64,000 nucleotides of DNA, taken from assembly GCA_965202665.1 (NCBI GenBank), contig OZ241841.1, forward strand, positions 2,432,001-2,496,000, in the 5' to 3' direction. The position numbers and the translations under genes were made by a program. Below, piece by piece: positions 39,407 to 47,860 of this stretch (position 1 is its first letter; every line of letters begins with the position of its first letter). Below the pieces are notes generated by a model. It did no database searches, was not told where the DNA came from, and saw only the letters and a list, made by a program, of their open reading frames with translations. This DNA comes from Candidatus Spongiisociaceae bacterium (GTDB lineage: Bacteria; Actinomycetota; Acidimicrobiia; Spongiisociales; Spongiisociaceae).

Positions 39407-39697
39407 CTACTGGGGGATTCGATAGCCCAGATGTTCCAAAACGGCGTCGATCTCGGCTTGTTCTTCCTCGGTAACCATCAGGCCACTCTCTTCTATGAAA
39501 GCATCCAGTTCGGCGACCGCCTCGGCAACGCGTTGGGCTTTCTCCTCGGGGGTTTCGGTGTCTTCGTGTTGGAAGACGCTCAGGTCCAGGCCGAGCCGTT
39601 CCGCCCATTCCTCGCGGGTTTCGTTTTCGTACCCGTCGGGGATGTGCCTTTTCACCTGGTAGGTGCCTCCCGGGCTAGTCCAAACCTCCACCGCCAT
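39407..39697 (-). CDS. Antitoxin-like acidic protein, copy 1 (N-allele A, C-allele X)
   Basis: MAVEVWTSPGGTYQVKRHIP...ETREEWAERLGLDLSVFQHED...AELDAFIEESGLMVTEEEQ; paralogue of genes coupled to PIN ORFs. Confidence 0.7.
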   Translation of the reverse strand: MAVEVWTSPGGTYQVKRHIPDGYENETREEWAERLGLDLSVFQHEDTETPEEKAQRVAEAVAELDAFIEESGLMVTEEEQAEIDAVLEHLGYRIPQ

Positions 39698-39713
39698 GGC
39701 AAACCTTCCTGCC

Positions 39714-40041
39714 TCAGACGGAGAAGGTTTCTAGGTCGCAACCGAGGGAGGTCATTATTTCGGTGATGTCGGTTTCGTCGCTGGTGACGATTCTGTCCCC
39801 CCGTCCTAGGGCACTGACCACCACTGAGATGTCCACCACATCGGATGATCCGGTTTTGTGACTGGCTGCGCCAACCTGTTTGGCCAGGTTTTCATCCAAC
39901 GGTGTCTTCGTGTTGGAAGACGCTCAGGTCTAGGCCGAGCCGTTCGGCCCATTCCTCGCGGGTTTCGTTTTCGTACCCGTCGGGGATGTGCCTTTTGACC
40001 TGGTAGGTGCCCCCCGGGCTGGTCCAAACTTCCACCGCCAT
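39714..40041 (-). pseudogene. Deletion fusion: antitoxin-like 5' half (40041-39901) joined out of frame to the PIN 3' half (39900-39714)
   Basis: ...QHEDT then VG*; PIN tail LDENLAKQVG...VVD...IVTSD; junction falls at shared ACCG microhomology. Confidence 0.8.
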
Positions 40042-40173
40042 GGCAACCTCCTTATCGTTGCTACTTGTAATTTACCCGGCTTTGGAAAATACTTTGCCAG
40101 CCCCTGACCAGGCCTTTTGCCGGCTCAATGTCCGGGATGGCGCCTACCTCGCCCGCGTTGTTGGCAATGCCGG

Positions 40174-40482
40174 TCATTCTTGTTCCGGTTCTCCGTCGGG
40201 GTTGCGGAAGCCGAGGTGTTCCATCAGGGCGTCTAATTCGGCCTGTTGCTCCGGGGTGCGTGTCCAGCCCTGTTCTTCAAAGAATTTCTTGTTTTCGGCG
40301 ACGGCCTCGGCGATACGCTGGGCTTTTTCCTCCGGGGTTTCTGGGTCTTCATGTTGGAATACGCTCAGGTCTAGGCCGAGCCGTTCGGCCCATTCCTCGC
40401 GGGTTTCGTTCTCGTATCCGTCGGGGATGTGCCTTTTGACCTGGTAGGTGCCTCCCGGGCTGGTCCAAACTTCCACCGCCAT
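40174..40482 (-). CDS. Antitoxin-like protein, copy 2 (A + Y)
   Basis: AGGAGG RBS; C-terminus ENKKFFEEQGWTRTPEQQAELDALMEHLGFRNPDGEPEQE. Confidence 0.7.
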   Translation of the reverse strand: MAVEVWTSPGGTYQVKRHIPDGYENETREEWAERLGLDLSVFQHEDPETPEEKAQRIAEAVAENKKFFEEQGWTRTPEQQAELDALMEHLGFRNPDGEPEQE

Positions 40483-40614
40483 GGCAAACCTCCTTTCGCG
40501 GCTTACGTACAATATACCCGGCTTTTGGAAATACTTAAACAAGCCCCTGACCAGGCCTTGCTGGCTCAATGTCCGGGATGGCACCGACCTCGTCCGCGTT
40601 GTTGGCAATGCCGG

Positions 40615-40721
40615 TCAGCGTTTCACCTTCGCCGAGTCGGAGACGCGCATTCCCAGGTGCTCAAAGAGGGCCGCGAGTTCGGCTTGCTCCTCCGCGGAAA
40701 GGGTCAGGCCTTCCTCTTTCT
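40615..40721 (-). pseudogene. Antitoxin-like 3' fragment (Z-like) abutting ISL3 remnant
   Basis: KEEGLTLSAEEQAELAALFEHLGMRV. Confidence 0.7.
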
Positions 40722-41156
40722 CGACCCCCGCAACGAGCAAAAACTGACCGGCCTCCTCCAAGCAGGAGACCCCCGCGGGGAGGTACGCGACGCATGGCAC
40801 GCTAAAGAAACCGTCCGGGGAATCTACCAAACCCCTACCCCCTCCGAAGGCGACCAATACCCCCGCCTGCTCGCCGCGGAACTCCAAGACCAATCCCGCT
40901 CCCCCGAACTCAACCAACTCGGACGCACCCTCCACCACCTGGCACTCCCAGATCGTGGCCTGGCATCACGCCCAAGTAATCAACGGACCCACCGAATCAG
41001 CCAACAACCTAATCAAACACGTCAAACGCGTCGCTTTCGGATTCCGCAACTTCCGCAACTACCGAACCCGCATCCTCTTCTACGCAGGAAAGCCCAACCC
41101 GAACCTACTCCCCAACCTCACCCCCCCCCCCCAAAAAAAAAAAAATCCGAAGAGCC
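40722..41156 (+). mobile_element. ISL3-family transposase 3' remnant with terminal repeat
   Basis: AWHAKETVR...NGPTESANNLIKHVKRVAFGFRNFRNYRTRILFYAG; ends CGAAGAGCC (reverse complement GGCTCTTCG). Confidence 0.85.
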
Positions 41157-41280
41157 GTTTTGCCAGGTTTTCATCCAACGGTTACACTTGGCATTGTTTC
41201 AATTCATGGAAGGGAACCATTCGGGGGTTGCGTCGTTCGGCGGCGATCAGGGCACCCGCGTCGTAGGTGACGCCGGTCAT
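41157..41280 (-). pseudogene. PIN gene 5' fragment (internal deletion, premature stop, ISL3 insertion)
   Basis: MTGVTYDAGALIAAERRNPRMVPFHE|LKQCQV*, then cut by the IS end. Confidence 0.8.
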
Positions 41281-41585
41281 TCCTGCGTTACCTCGTCGTC
41301 GGGGACTCGATAGCCCAAGTGCCTAAAGAGGGCAACTAATTCCGCATGCTCCTCCGCGGAAAGGGTCAAGCCCTCCTCCTCTCTGAAAGCCTTCAGTTCG
41401 GCGACCGCCTCGGTGATACGCTGGGCTTTCTCCTCGGGGGTTTCGGTGTCTTCGTGTTGGAAGACGCTCAGGTCTAGGCCGAGCCGTTCGGCCCATTCCT
41501 CGCGGGTTTCGTTTTCGTACCCGTCGGGGATGTGCCTTTTGACCTGGTAGGTGCCCCCCGGGCTGGTCCAAACTTCCACCGCCAC
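41277..41585 (-). CDS. Antitoxin-like protein, copy 3 (A + Z)
   Basis: GTG start with GGAGG; C-terminus ELKAFREEEGLTLSAEEHAELVALFRHLGYRVPDDEVTQE; ATGA overlap with the PIN start. Confidence 0.7.
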   Translation of the reverse strand: MAVEVWTSPGGTYQVKRHIPDGYENETREEWAERLGLDLSVFQHEDTETPEEKAQRITEAVAELKAFREEEGLTLSAEEHAELVALFRHLGYRVPDDEVTQE

Positions 41586-41611
41586 AGCAAACCTCCCTTT
41601 CAGCCTTTTCG

Positions 41612-41659
41612 TCAGCGGCCAGCGGTTAACGCGCCCGCATCGTAAGTCACGCCGGTCAT
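41612..41659 (-). pseudogene. PIN gene stub
   Basis: MTGVTYDAGALTAGR*, with ATGA overlap to copy 4. Confidence 0.7.
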
Positions 41660-41964
41660 TTTTGTTCTGGTTCTCCGTCGGGGTTGATGAGGCCGAGGTA
41701 TTCCATTACGGCGTCTAATTCGGCTTGTTGTTCCGGGGTGCGGGTCCAGCCTTGTTCTTCAAAGAATTTTTTGTTTTCGGCGAGGGCCTCGGCGACGCGT
41801 TGGGCTTTTTCTTCGGGGGTTTCGGTGTCTTCGTGTTGGAAGACGCTCAGGTCCAGGCCGAGTCGTTCGGCCCATTCTTCGCGGGTTTCATCCTCGTAGC
41901 CGTCTGGCGTATAGGAGATGACCCGATGGGTGCCTCCCGGGCTGGTCCAAACTTCAAATGCCAT
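41656..41964 (-). CDS. Antitoxin-like protein, copy 4 (B + Y)
   Basis: MAFEVWTSPGGTHRVISYTP... plus ENKKFFEEQGWTRTPEQQ. Confidence 0.7.
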   Translation of the reverse strand: MAFEVWTSPGGTHRVISYTPDGYEDETREEWAERLGLDLSVFQHEDTETPEEKAQRVAEALAENKKFFEEQGWTRTPEQQAELDAVMEYLGLINPDGEPEQK

Positions 41965-41980
41965 AGCGAACCTCCTTGTT

Positions 41981-42268
41981 TCAGACGGAGAAGGTTTCTA
42001 GGTCGCAACCGAGGGAGGTCATTATTTCGGTGATGTCGGTTTCGTCGCTGGTGACGATTCTGTCCCCCTGTCCTAGGGCGCTGACCACCACTGAGATGTC
42101 TACCACATCGGATGATCCGGTTTTGTGACTGGCTGCGCCAACCTGTTTTGCCAGTGTTTCATCCAACGGTTCCACTTGGCATTGTTTCAATTCATGGAAG
42201 GTAACCATTCGGGGGTTGCGTCGTTCGGCGGCGATCAGGGCGCCCGCGTCGTAGGTGACGCCGGTCAT
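41981..42268 (-). CDS. PIN-domain protein with 33-aa in-frame internal deletion (probably inactive)
   Basis: Matches 42690-43076 but lacks WIVGNG...APLAQI (95 vs 128 aa). Confidence 0.7.
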   Translation of the reverse strand: MTGVTYDAGALIAAERRNPRMVTFHELKQCQVEPLDETLAKQVGAASHKTGSSDVVDISVVVSALGQGDRIVTSDETDITEIMTSLGCDLETFSV

Positions 42269-42573
42269 TCCTGCGTTACCTCGTCGTCGGGGACTCGATA
42301 GCCCAGGTGCTTAAAGAGGGCAACTAATTCCGCATGCTCCTCCGCGGAAAGGGTCAAGCCCTCCTCCTCTCTGAAAGCCTTCAGTTCGGCGACCGCCTCG
42401 GAGATGCGTTGGGCTTTTTCCTCTGGGGTTTCGGTGTCTTCGTGTTGGAAGACGCTCAGGTCCAGGCCGAGTCGTTCGGCCCATTCTTCGCGGGTTTCAT
42501 CTTCGTAGCCGTCTGGCGTATAGGAGATGACCCGATGGGTGCCTCCCGGGCTGGTCCAAACTTCAAATGCCAT
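42265..42573 (-). CDS. Antitoxin-like protein, copy 5 (B + Z)
   Basis: AGGAGG RBS; B-type N-terminus, Z-type C-terminus; ATGA overlap with PIN. Confidence 0.7.
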   Translation of the reverse strand: MAFEVWTSPGGTHRVISYTPDGYEDETREEWAERLGLDLSVFQHEDTETPEEKAQRISEAVAELKAFREEEGLTLSAEEHAELVALFKHLGYRVPDDEVTQE

Positions 42574-42689
42574 GGCGAACCTCCTTTCGCGGTTAGGTAC
42601 AATATACCTGGTTTTGGAAATAATATGATCCACCTCTGACCAGGCATTTTACCGATTCAACGTTTGGGACGGCATCGGGCTTCGCTTTT

Positions 42690-43076
42690 TCAGATCGCGT
42701 AGATTTTCAGGTTGTGTCCAAGTGAGGCCATGATTTCCTTGATGTCGTCCTCATCGCTGGTCACTATTCTATCCCCGCGGCCTATGGCGCTGACGACTAC
42801 TGAGATGTCCACCACATCGTTTGATCCGGTTTTGTGACTGGCTGCTCCTACCTGTTTTGCCAGAGTTTCATCCAACGGTTCCACTTGGCATTGCTTCAAG
42901 ATCTGAGCAAGCGGCGCCTGGCGGCCGCTCCCATCTCTCCAGACTTGGGCGAGGACCCCGGCGGGCACCACCGGCCTGATCCCATTGCCAACGATCCATT
43001 CATGGAAGGTAACCATTCGGGGGTTGCGTCGTTCGGCGGCGATTAATGCGCCTGCGTCGTAGGTCACGCCGGTCAT
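42690..43076 (-). CDS. PIN-domain (VapC-like) ribonuclease toxin, full length
   Basis: YDAGALIA, VVPAGVLAQVWR, DVVDISVV, IVTSDEDDI acidic PIN pattern; 128 aa. Confidence 0.8.
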   Translation of the reverse strand: MTGVTYDAGALIAAERRNPRMVTFHEWIVGNGIRPVVPAGVLAQVWRDGSGRQAPLAQILKQCQVEPLDETLAKQVGAASHKTGSNDVVDISVVVSAIGRGDRIVTSDEDDIKEIMASLGHNLKIYAI

Positions 43077-43138
43077 TCTTGTTCTGGTTCTCCGTCGGGG
43101 TTGATGAGGCCGAGGTGTTCCAGCAAGGCGTCTAGTGC
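43073..43138 (-). pseudogene. Antitoxin-like 3' fragment (Y-type) upstream of the intact PIN gene
   Basis: ALDALLEHLGLINPDGEPEQE* with ATGA overlap; 5' part missing. Confidence 0.75.
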
Positions 43139-43262
43139 GGCGGAGGGTCGGCGGGGGTTGGTTGGTCGGGTTCGGTTCTAGTCATCGGGTTCGTCCTCCG
43201 TTTCTATCGTCCGGCGGCGGCGTAGGACGCCCATTCTGTGGCGTTATTATTCGTCCTCCGTT

Positions 43263-44501
43263 CTATCGGTCGGGCCAGCCCCAGTAAGCGGCGCCGGCGG
43301 CGTAGAGGGTGTCGTCGGCTTGTTGAAACAAGGCGGCGTATTCGTCGGTTCCGTAGGCGGCGGCGGCGGCGGCGAACTCCGCCGCCGCGGCGGCGAACCC
43401 GGCGGATAATTTCGCGAGGGCGGCGGCTTGGGCAAGGTCGCCGGGGTCGGCGTATTCAGCGGTGGCGGCGGCGTATTCAGCGGCGGCGCGGCGGGCGGCG
43501 GCGGCGTACTCCGCGGCGTATTCAGCCGCCGCGGCGGCGTACTCCGCGACGACGGCGGCTTCAGCGGCGGTGTGGTCATAATCATAATATGATGACCAAT
43601 ATTGTGGATGTCTCGCGGCGTCTTCCGTAGCCCATAAAGCATTGCTGGTGGCCACGTCGTATTGAACGACACCGCCGTAACTACCACTACCGGCCGGGCG
43701 GCGTGGGTTTATAGTGGAGTCGGTGGCGATGGTGTAGTAGGCGGTGAGGGCGGCGGCTCCGGCGGCGGCGTATTTAGTGGCTAAAGCGGCGAGTTCGTCG
43801 TGGGACGTGGCGTCGTGTCCGTGGTCGTTGTAGGCCAGGGGTTCAAAGACCGCCCATCTGGTGTGCATGTACAGGTAGCTACCTTCGCAGAAACCTCTTA
43901 AGGCGGCGTATCCCGCGAAGGCGGGGTCGGTGGAGTAGTCGGCGGGGTCGGTGGAGTAGTCAGCGGATGTCAAGGGGCGGCGGCCGTCGTAGTAGGTGAA
44001 CCAGCCAGCGGCGTAGAGTTCGCCGCAGGCGGCGGAGTAGGCGGCGGTGGCGAGCCGGTAGGCAACTGCCGCCGCCGTTTTTTGTTTAGGGTAGTGGTCG
44101 GCGGCGCGGGTAGCCCATTCGGCTCCGCGGGCGGTGTAGTAGATGACGGATTCCCTTGTCGTGGTCGGGGTCGCCGGGCGGGTAGTAGTCGGGGCGGTCG
44201 GGGCGGGTTGTAGTCCGTCTATTCCGTAGCGGAGGAAATGGGCTACATCCGCCCGCGTCCAAGAATCGTATCGGTCGTACAGGCGGCGGATTACTATCCG
44301 GAATTCGTTTTCTGATAGTTCCCGGTCGGGTTTAAACGACCCGTCCGGGTATCCCCGGAATAGCCCCTCCGCCACCGCCCAGCGGATAGAATCCGCCCGT
44401 TCGTGGTCGTCCGGTACATCGGGAAATCGTATCTGGGCGATTACCGGAACGGCTAGGGCTATCAGAGCGACCGCTACGCCCAGGCGTTTTACGAGTTTCA
44501 T
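43263..44501 (-). CDS. Secreted SLH-domain protein with Ala/Tyr-rich C-terminal region
   Basis: Signal peptide MKLVKRLGVAVALIALAVPVIA; SLH motif FPDVPDDH..ADSIRWAVAEGLFRGYPDGSFKPDRELS; ADYSTDP and AAEYAAA repeats. Confidence 0.8.
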   Translation of the reverse strand: MKLVKRLGVAVALIALAVPVIAQIRFPDVPDDHERADSIRWAVAEGLFRGYPDGSFKPDRELSENEFRIVIRRLYDRYDSWTRADVAHFLRYGIDGLQPAPTAPTTTRPATPTTTRESVIYYTARGAEWATRAADHYPKQKTAAAVAYRLATAAYSAACGELYAAGWFTYYDGRRPLTSADYSTDPADYSTDPAFAGYAALRGFCEGSYLYMHTRWAVFEPLAYNDHGHDATSHDELAALATKYAAAGAAALTAYYTIATDSTINPRRPAGSGSYGGVVQYDVATSNALWATEDAARHPQYWSSYYDYDHTAAEAAVVAEYAAAAAEYAAEYAAAARRAAAEYAAATAEYADPGDLAQAAALAKLSAGFAAAAAEFAAAAAAYGTDEYAALFQQADDTLYAAGAAYWGWPDR

Positions 44502-44744
44502 TCCGTACCTTTCATCCGCCCGCTGGGGTTCTAGTCGTAAGGATATTAGCCAATAGTCGGCGACCACCCGCCGTCATCGCCGCGCCGTCTGTTCGGCGGG
44601 TAAAACCCTCCGGGTCGGGCTAACCGGCGGGGCGGCGGGGGTTCGTTCCCCGAATCGGCGTGCCAATATAACCGGCTTTTGGAAATACTTGAACAAGCCC
44701 CTGACCAGGCATTTTGCCAATCCGCACCCAGATTGTTGCGCGGG

Positions 44745-45698
44745 TTAAGCGTTGACTATTACTACGTCCGCCAGCTGGTCGTGGACGGCGCGGTCGTTTT
44801 GGTTGACAAACGGGGACAGGATGTATACCAGCGCTACAAACGACAGCAACACCCAGAAGGAGGTTACGATGGCGAAAATTATCAGGCATGCGCCGAAGAC
44901 CTGCGCCGCCCGGGTCAGCCCCCCGGGACGGCGGCCCCGCCTTTTCAGGAAGAAGCGCAACGCCGAAGCGACCAGCAAAATCATGATTCCCCATGACAGC
45001 AGATCGCCGGTGGGGGTGACGGCCAGCAGGCCGGGCAAAGCCAAAGACATCCGCGCTCCCGCCTCCCACCATCCCGGGCTCCCGCCGTCCGCCCCCACTA
45101 CTTTGACGCGGGCGGCCATCATTCCCAAAGTCCGGCCCCGCAGTCCCACCAGGAACGTCTCATAAGCGAATCCGATCAGGACGGCCCAGAAAAACGTCCT
45201 TCCGGCCGTGTCCGCGTCCGCCCCCAGCGCCCGGGCGGCCAGCACCGCGGCGCCTACGATTGCCAGATCGATCAAACGGGCGGCCAGTTGCCGGACGGGG
45301 GAAGCGAAAGAACCCCTTCGCGGAGGGTCGTCCCTCCGGTCGCCGCCGGACTCCCGGCCCGCATCCGACTTTGGTTGGGAGAAAGGTTGGCCGGACCCGG
45401 TGGGGTAGTCGGCGCCGGTGAAAGCCGAGCCTTCGTTGCGGGCGTAAGAGGACTGGCCGGTCGCCGCCGCGGAACGCATGCGGTCGTATTCCCGCCGTTG
45501 TTCGGGGTCGGACAGCACCGAATAGGCTTCGTTGACTTTTTTGAAACGTTCGCCCGCCCGGTTCCCGGAGCCGGGGTTGGCGTCCGGGTGGTGCTTTTTG
45601 CTCAGCCTCCGGAAAGCGGCTTTGATTTCCTCCGGGGAGGCGTCCGGGCCTACCCGCAGCGTCTGGTAAAAGTCGGCGGCCGCTGGGCGGGTCCTCAC
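44745..45698 (-). CDS. J-domain / RDD-family membrane protein fusion
   Basis: FYQTLRV...HHPDANP...VNEAYSVLSDP, then ASPVRQLAARLID...GRTLGMMAARVKVV...AVHDQLADVVIV (RDD). Confidence 0.85.
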   Translation of the reverse strand: MRTRPAAADFYQTLRVGPDASPEEIKAAFRRLSKKHHPDANPGSGNRAGERFKKVNEAYSVLSDPEQRREYDRMRSAAATGQSSYARNEGSAFTGADYPTGSGQPFSQPKSDAGRESGGDRRDDPPRRGSFASPVRQLAARLIDLAIVGAAVLAARALGADADTAGRTFFWAVLIGFAYETFLVGLRGRTLGMMAARVKVVGADGGSPGWWEAGARMSLALPGLLAVTPTGDLLSWGIMILLVASALRFFLKRRGRRPGGLTRAAQVFGACLIIFAIVTSFWVLLSFVALVYILSPFVNQNDRAVHDQLADVVIVNA

Positions 45699-45700
45699 GG

Positions 45701-46687
45701 CTACTTCCCCAAAGTTCCGTCCAGCGCCGAGTTGAGGAAACGGTGCATGCGGGCGCGGGCGGAGGCGGCGTATTCATGGTCGAACAGGTCGAAACCGTGC
45801 ACCGCCCCCGGCCAAAAGTCCAGTTGGCGGGGTATTCCGGCCGCTTTCCATCGGGCGTCCATGAACAGGGTGTCGTCAAGCAGGGGGTCCGCGTCCCCCA
45901 CCGTGAACATGGCGGGCGGCATTCCGGCCAGGTCGGCCAGCAAAGGGGACGCATCCGGGTCGTCCCGCCGATTTGAATCCGCGAACTGGTCGATGAACCA
46001 GGAGGTGATGGGCGTGTTGAGGATCAGGGGGCGGTCGCCGAAGCGGCGCATGGAAGGTGAGCCGCGCAGATCGTACACCCCGTAGGTAAGCAGGGCCGCC
46101 CGGAAGGGGGCCAGGCCGTGCCGGTCCCGCAACCGCAGGCAGGTGGCCGCCGACAGGTGGGCCCCCGCCGACTCCCCCCCGATGGCCGCCAGTTCCCCTC
46201 CCAGATGTTGCGGGGCGTGGCGGGCCAGCCACAGGGCGGCCCGTTCGCAGTCGTCCGGGCCCGCCGGGTAGGGATGTTCGGGGGCCAGCCGGTAATGGAC
46301 GGAGGCCACCGTCAGCCCGGCGGAGTCCGCCAGGTCCTCCAGCAACGGGTCCTGATGGTGGGGGGCTCCCAGCGTCCAACCGCCCCCGTGGATGTGCATG
46401 AACACCCCCCTGGTTTCGCCCGCCGGTTTGATGACCCGCATTCGCACCGGCCCGTCCGGGGCGGGAAAGGCCATGTCCGCCGCCCGTTCGCTGAAAGTCA
46501 GCGGTCCCAGCAACGACCGCCCCTCCTCCCGGGCGCGGCGGGCCTCTTCCGCCCCCGCCTCCCAGATGGGCGGCAGTTCGCGGCAGTTTCTCTCCATTTG
46601 TTCGTTGAAAGCCAGCACCGAGGCGGGGGCCCGGGCCGGAATTTCGTTTATCACCCCAGGCCCGCCCCGGTTTCCTCCCGCAACCAT
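45701..46687 (-). CDS. Alpha/beta hydrolase (HSL-family esterase); start uncertain
   Basis: HGGGW, YRLAPEHPYPA, GESAG, DPLLDD, HGF. Confidence 0.9.
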   Translation of the reverse strand: MVAGGNRGGPGVINEIPARAPASVLAFNEQMERNCRELPPIWEAGAEEARRAREEGRSLLGPLTFSERAADMAFPAPDGPVRMRVIKPAGETRGVFMHIHGGGWTLGAPHHQDPLLEDLADSAGLTVASVHYRLAPEHPYPAGPDDCERAALWLARHAPQHLGGELAAIGGESAGAHLSAATCLRLRDRHGLAPFRAALLTYGVYDLRGSPSMRRFGDRPLILNTPITSWFIDQFADSNRRDDPDASPLLADLAGMPPAMFTVGDADPLLDDTLFMDARWKAAGIPRQLDFWPGAVHGFDLFDHEYAASARARMHRFLNSALDGTLGK

Positions 46688-47784
46688 TTCACAACCTCGA
46701 TCAGGGCGTCTTCTTCACTCATCCCGGCGTCCAAAGCCCGCTGGTAGGTGGCCATTTGCCGTTGGGCGGAGGTGCCCCGGCGCAGGATGGAGCGCACATG
46801 CTCCACTTCTTCCACGCAGTCCAAGGCTTCGGCGTCGGGGCGCACCATTTCCAGGATTTCCTCCACCAGGTCGGGGAAGTCCACCAGGGTTTCCTTGCCC
46901 AAATCCAGCAGTTTGTCCTCCGTCCCGTATCGTTGCGCCCGCCACACGTTTTCCTCGATCAGGAAATGCTCGTAGAGCCGCCAACTTTTGTTTTCCACCC
47001 GCAACCGCCACAGCATTCGCATCAAAGTCACGTAGAGGGCGGCCAGGCACAGGGTGTCCTCCAAGCTGGTGGGCAGGTCGGGGATGCGCAGTTCCACCGT
47101 CGGGTAGCGCACCGACGGGCGGGCGTGCCACCAGATTTTGGAGGCGTCTTCGATGATTCCGGCGTCCACCAGCACGTCCACATGGCTTTGGTATTCGTTC
47201 CAGGAGGCGAAGTAGGAGGGGAGGCCGGTGCGGGGGGCGGCGTGGAACACGGAGATGCGGTAGCTGTGCAGGCCGGTGTTGGCCCCCTCCCAGAACGGGG
47301 AAGAGGAGGACAGGGCCAGCAGATGGGGCAGGAAATAGGAGATTTGGTTGAGCAGGTCGATGCGCAGATCCCGGTCCTCCACCCCCACGTGCACGTGCAT
47401 CCCGCAGATGAGCAGTCGGTGCATTACCGTCTGGAAATCGGCGGCCAGTTCCTGGTAGCGCTCGCCGAGGGTAACCTGTTGCTCCTGCCAGCGGGCGAAA
47501 GGATGGGTGGAGGCGGCGGTCACCCCCATCCCGTGCCGGTCGGCCAGGTCGATCACCACTTTGCGCACCTGCGACAGGTCTTGGCGCAAATCGGCGATGT
47601 TGGCGCAGACGCGGCTGCCGATTTCCAGTTGCGCCTGCAGAAACTCGGGCCGGGCCCGCCCCTCCAAGGCCTCCGCCGCCTCTTTCAGCAGGTGGGCGGT
47701 GTCGCCCTGGATAAGCTGGTGGGTGCTCTGATCGACGAGAAGGTATTCCTCCTCAACGCCGATCGTCCAATCTGGTTCTTTCAT
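46651..47784 (-). CDS. Carboxylate-amine ligase (YbdK/GCS2 glutamate--cysteine ligase family)
   Basis: TIGVEEEYLLVD, STHPF, CGMHVHVG, SSSSPFW, WWHARPS..YPTVELRIPD, ENVWRAQRYG. Confidence 0.9.
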   Translation of the reverse strand: MKEPDWTIGVEEEYLLVDQSTHQLIQGDTAHLLKEAAEALEGRARPEFLQAQLEIGSRVCANIADLRQDLSQVRKVVIDLADRHGMGVTAASTHPFARWQEQQVTLGERYQELAADFQTVMHRLLICGMHVHVGVEDRDLRIDLLNQISYFLPHLLALSSSSPFWEGANTGLHSYRISVFHAAPRTGLPSYFASWNEYQSHVDVLVDAGIIEDASKIWWHARPSVRYPTVELRIPDLPTSLEDTLCLAALYVTLMRMLWRLRVENKSWRLYEHFLIEENVWRAQRYGTEDKLLDLGKETLVDFPDLVEEILEMVRPDAEALDCVEEVEHVRSILRRGTSAQRQMATYQRALDAGMSEEDALIEVVKWLREETGAGLG

Positions 47785-47860
47785 ACCCCCAGTGTAGCAG
47801 ATGGTTGCGACAGAGGGTTATCGTCTATTCGCATGAGAGAGTTAGGGACAGCAAAACAGA

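Noticed and set aside
41121-41145. C12 followed by A13
   Set aside because: Lies in the decayed end of an ISL3 remnant; no functional context.
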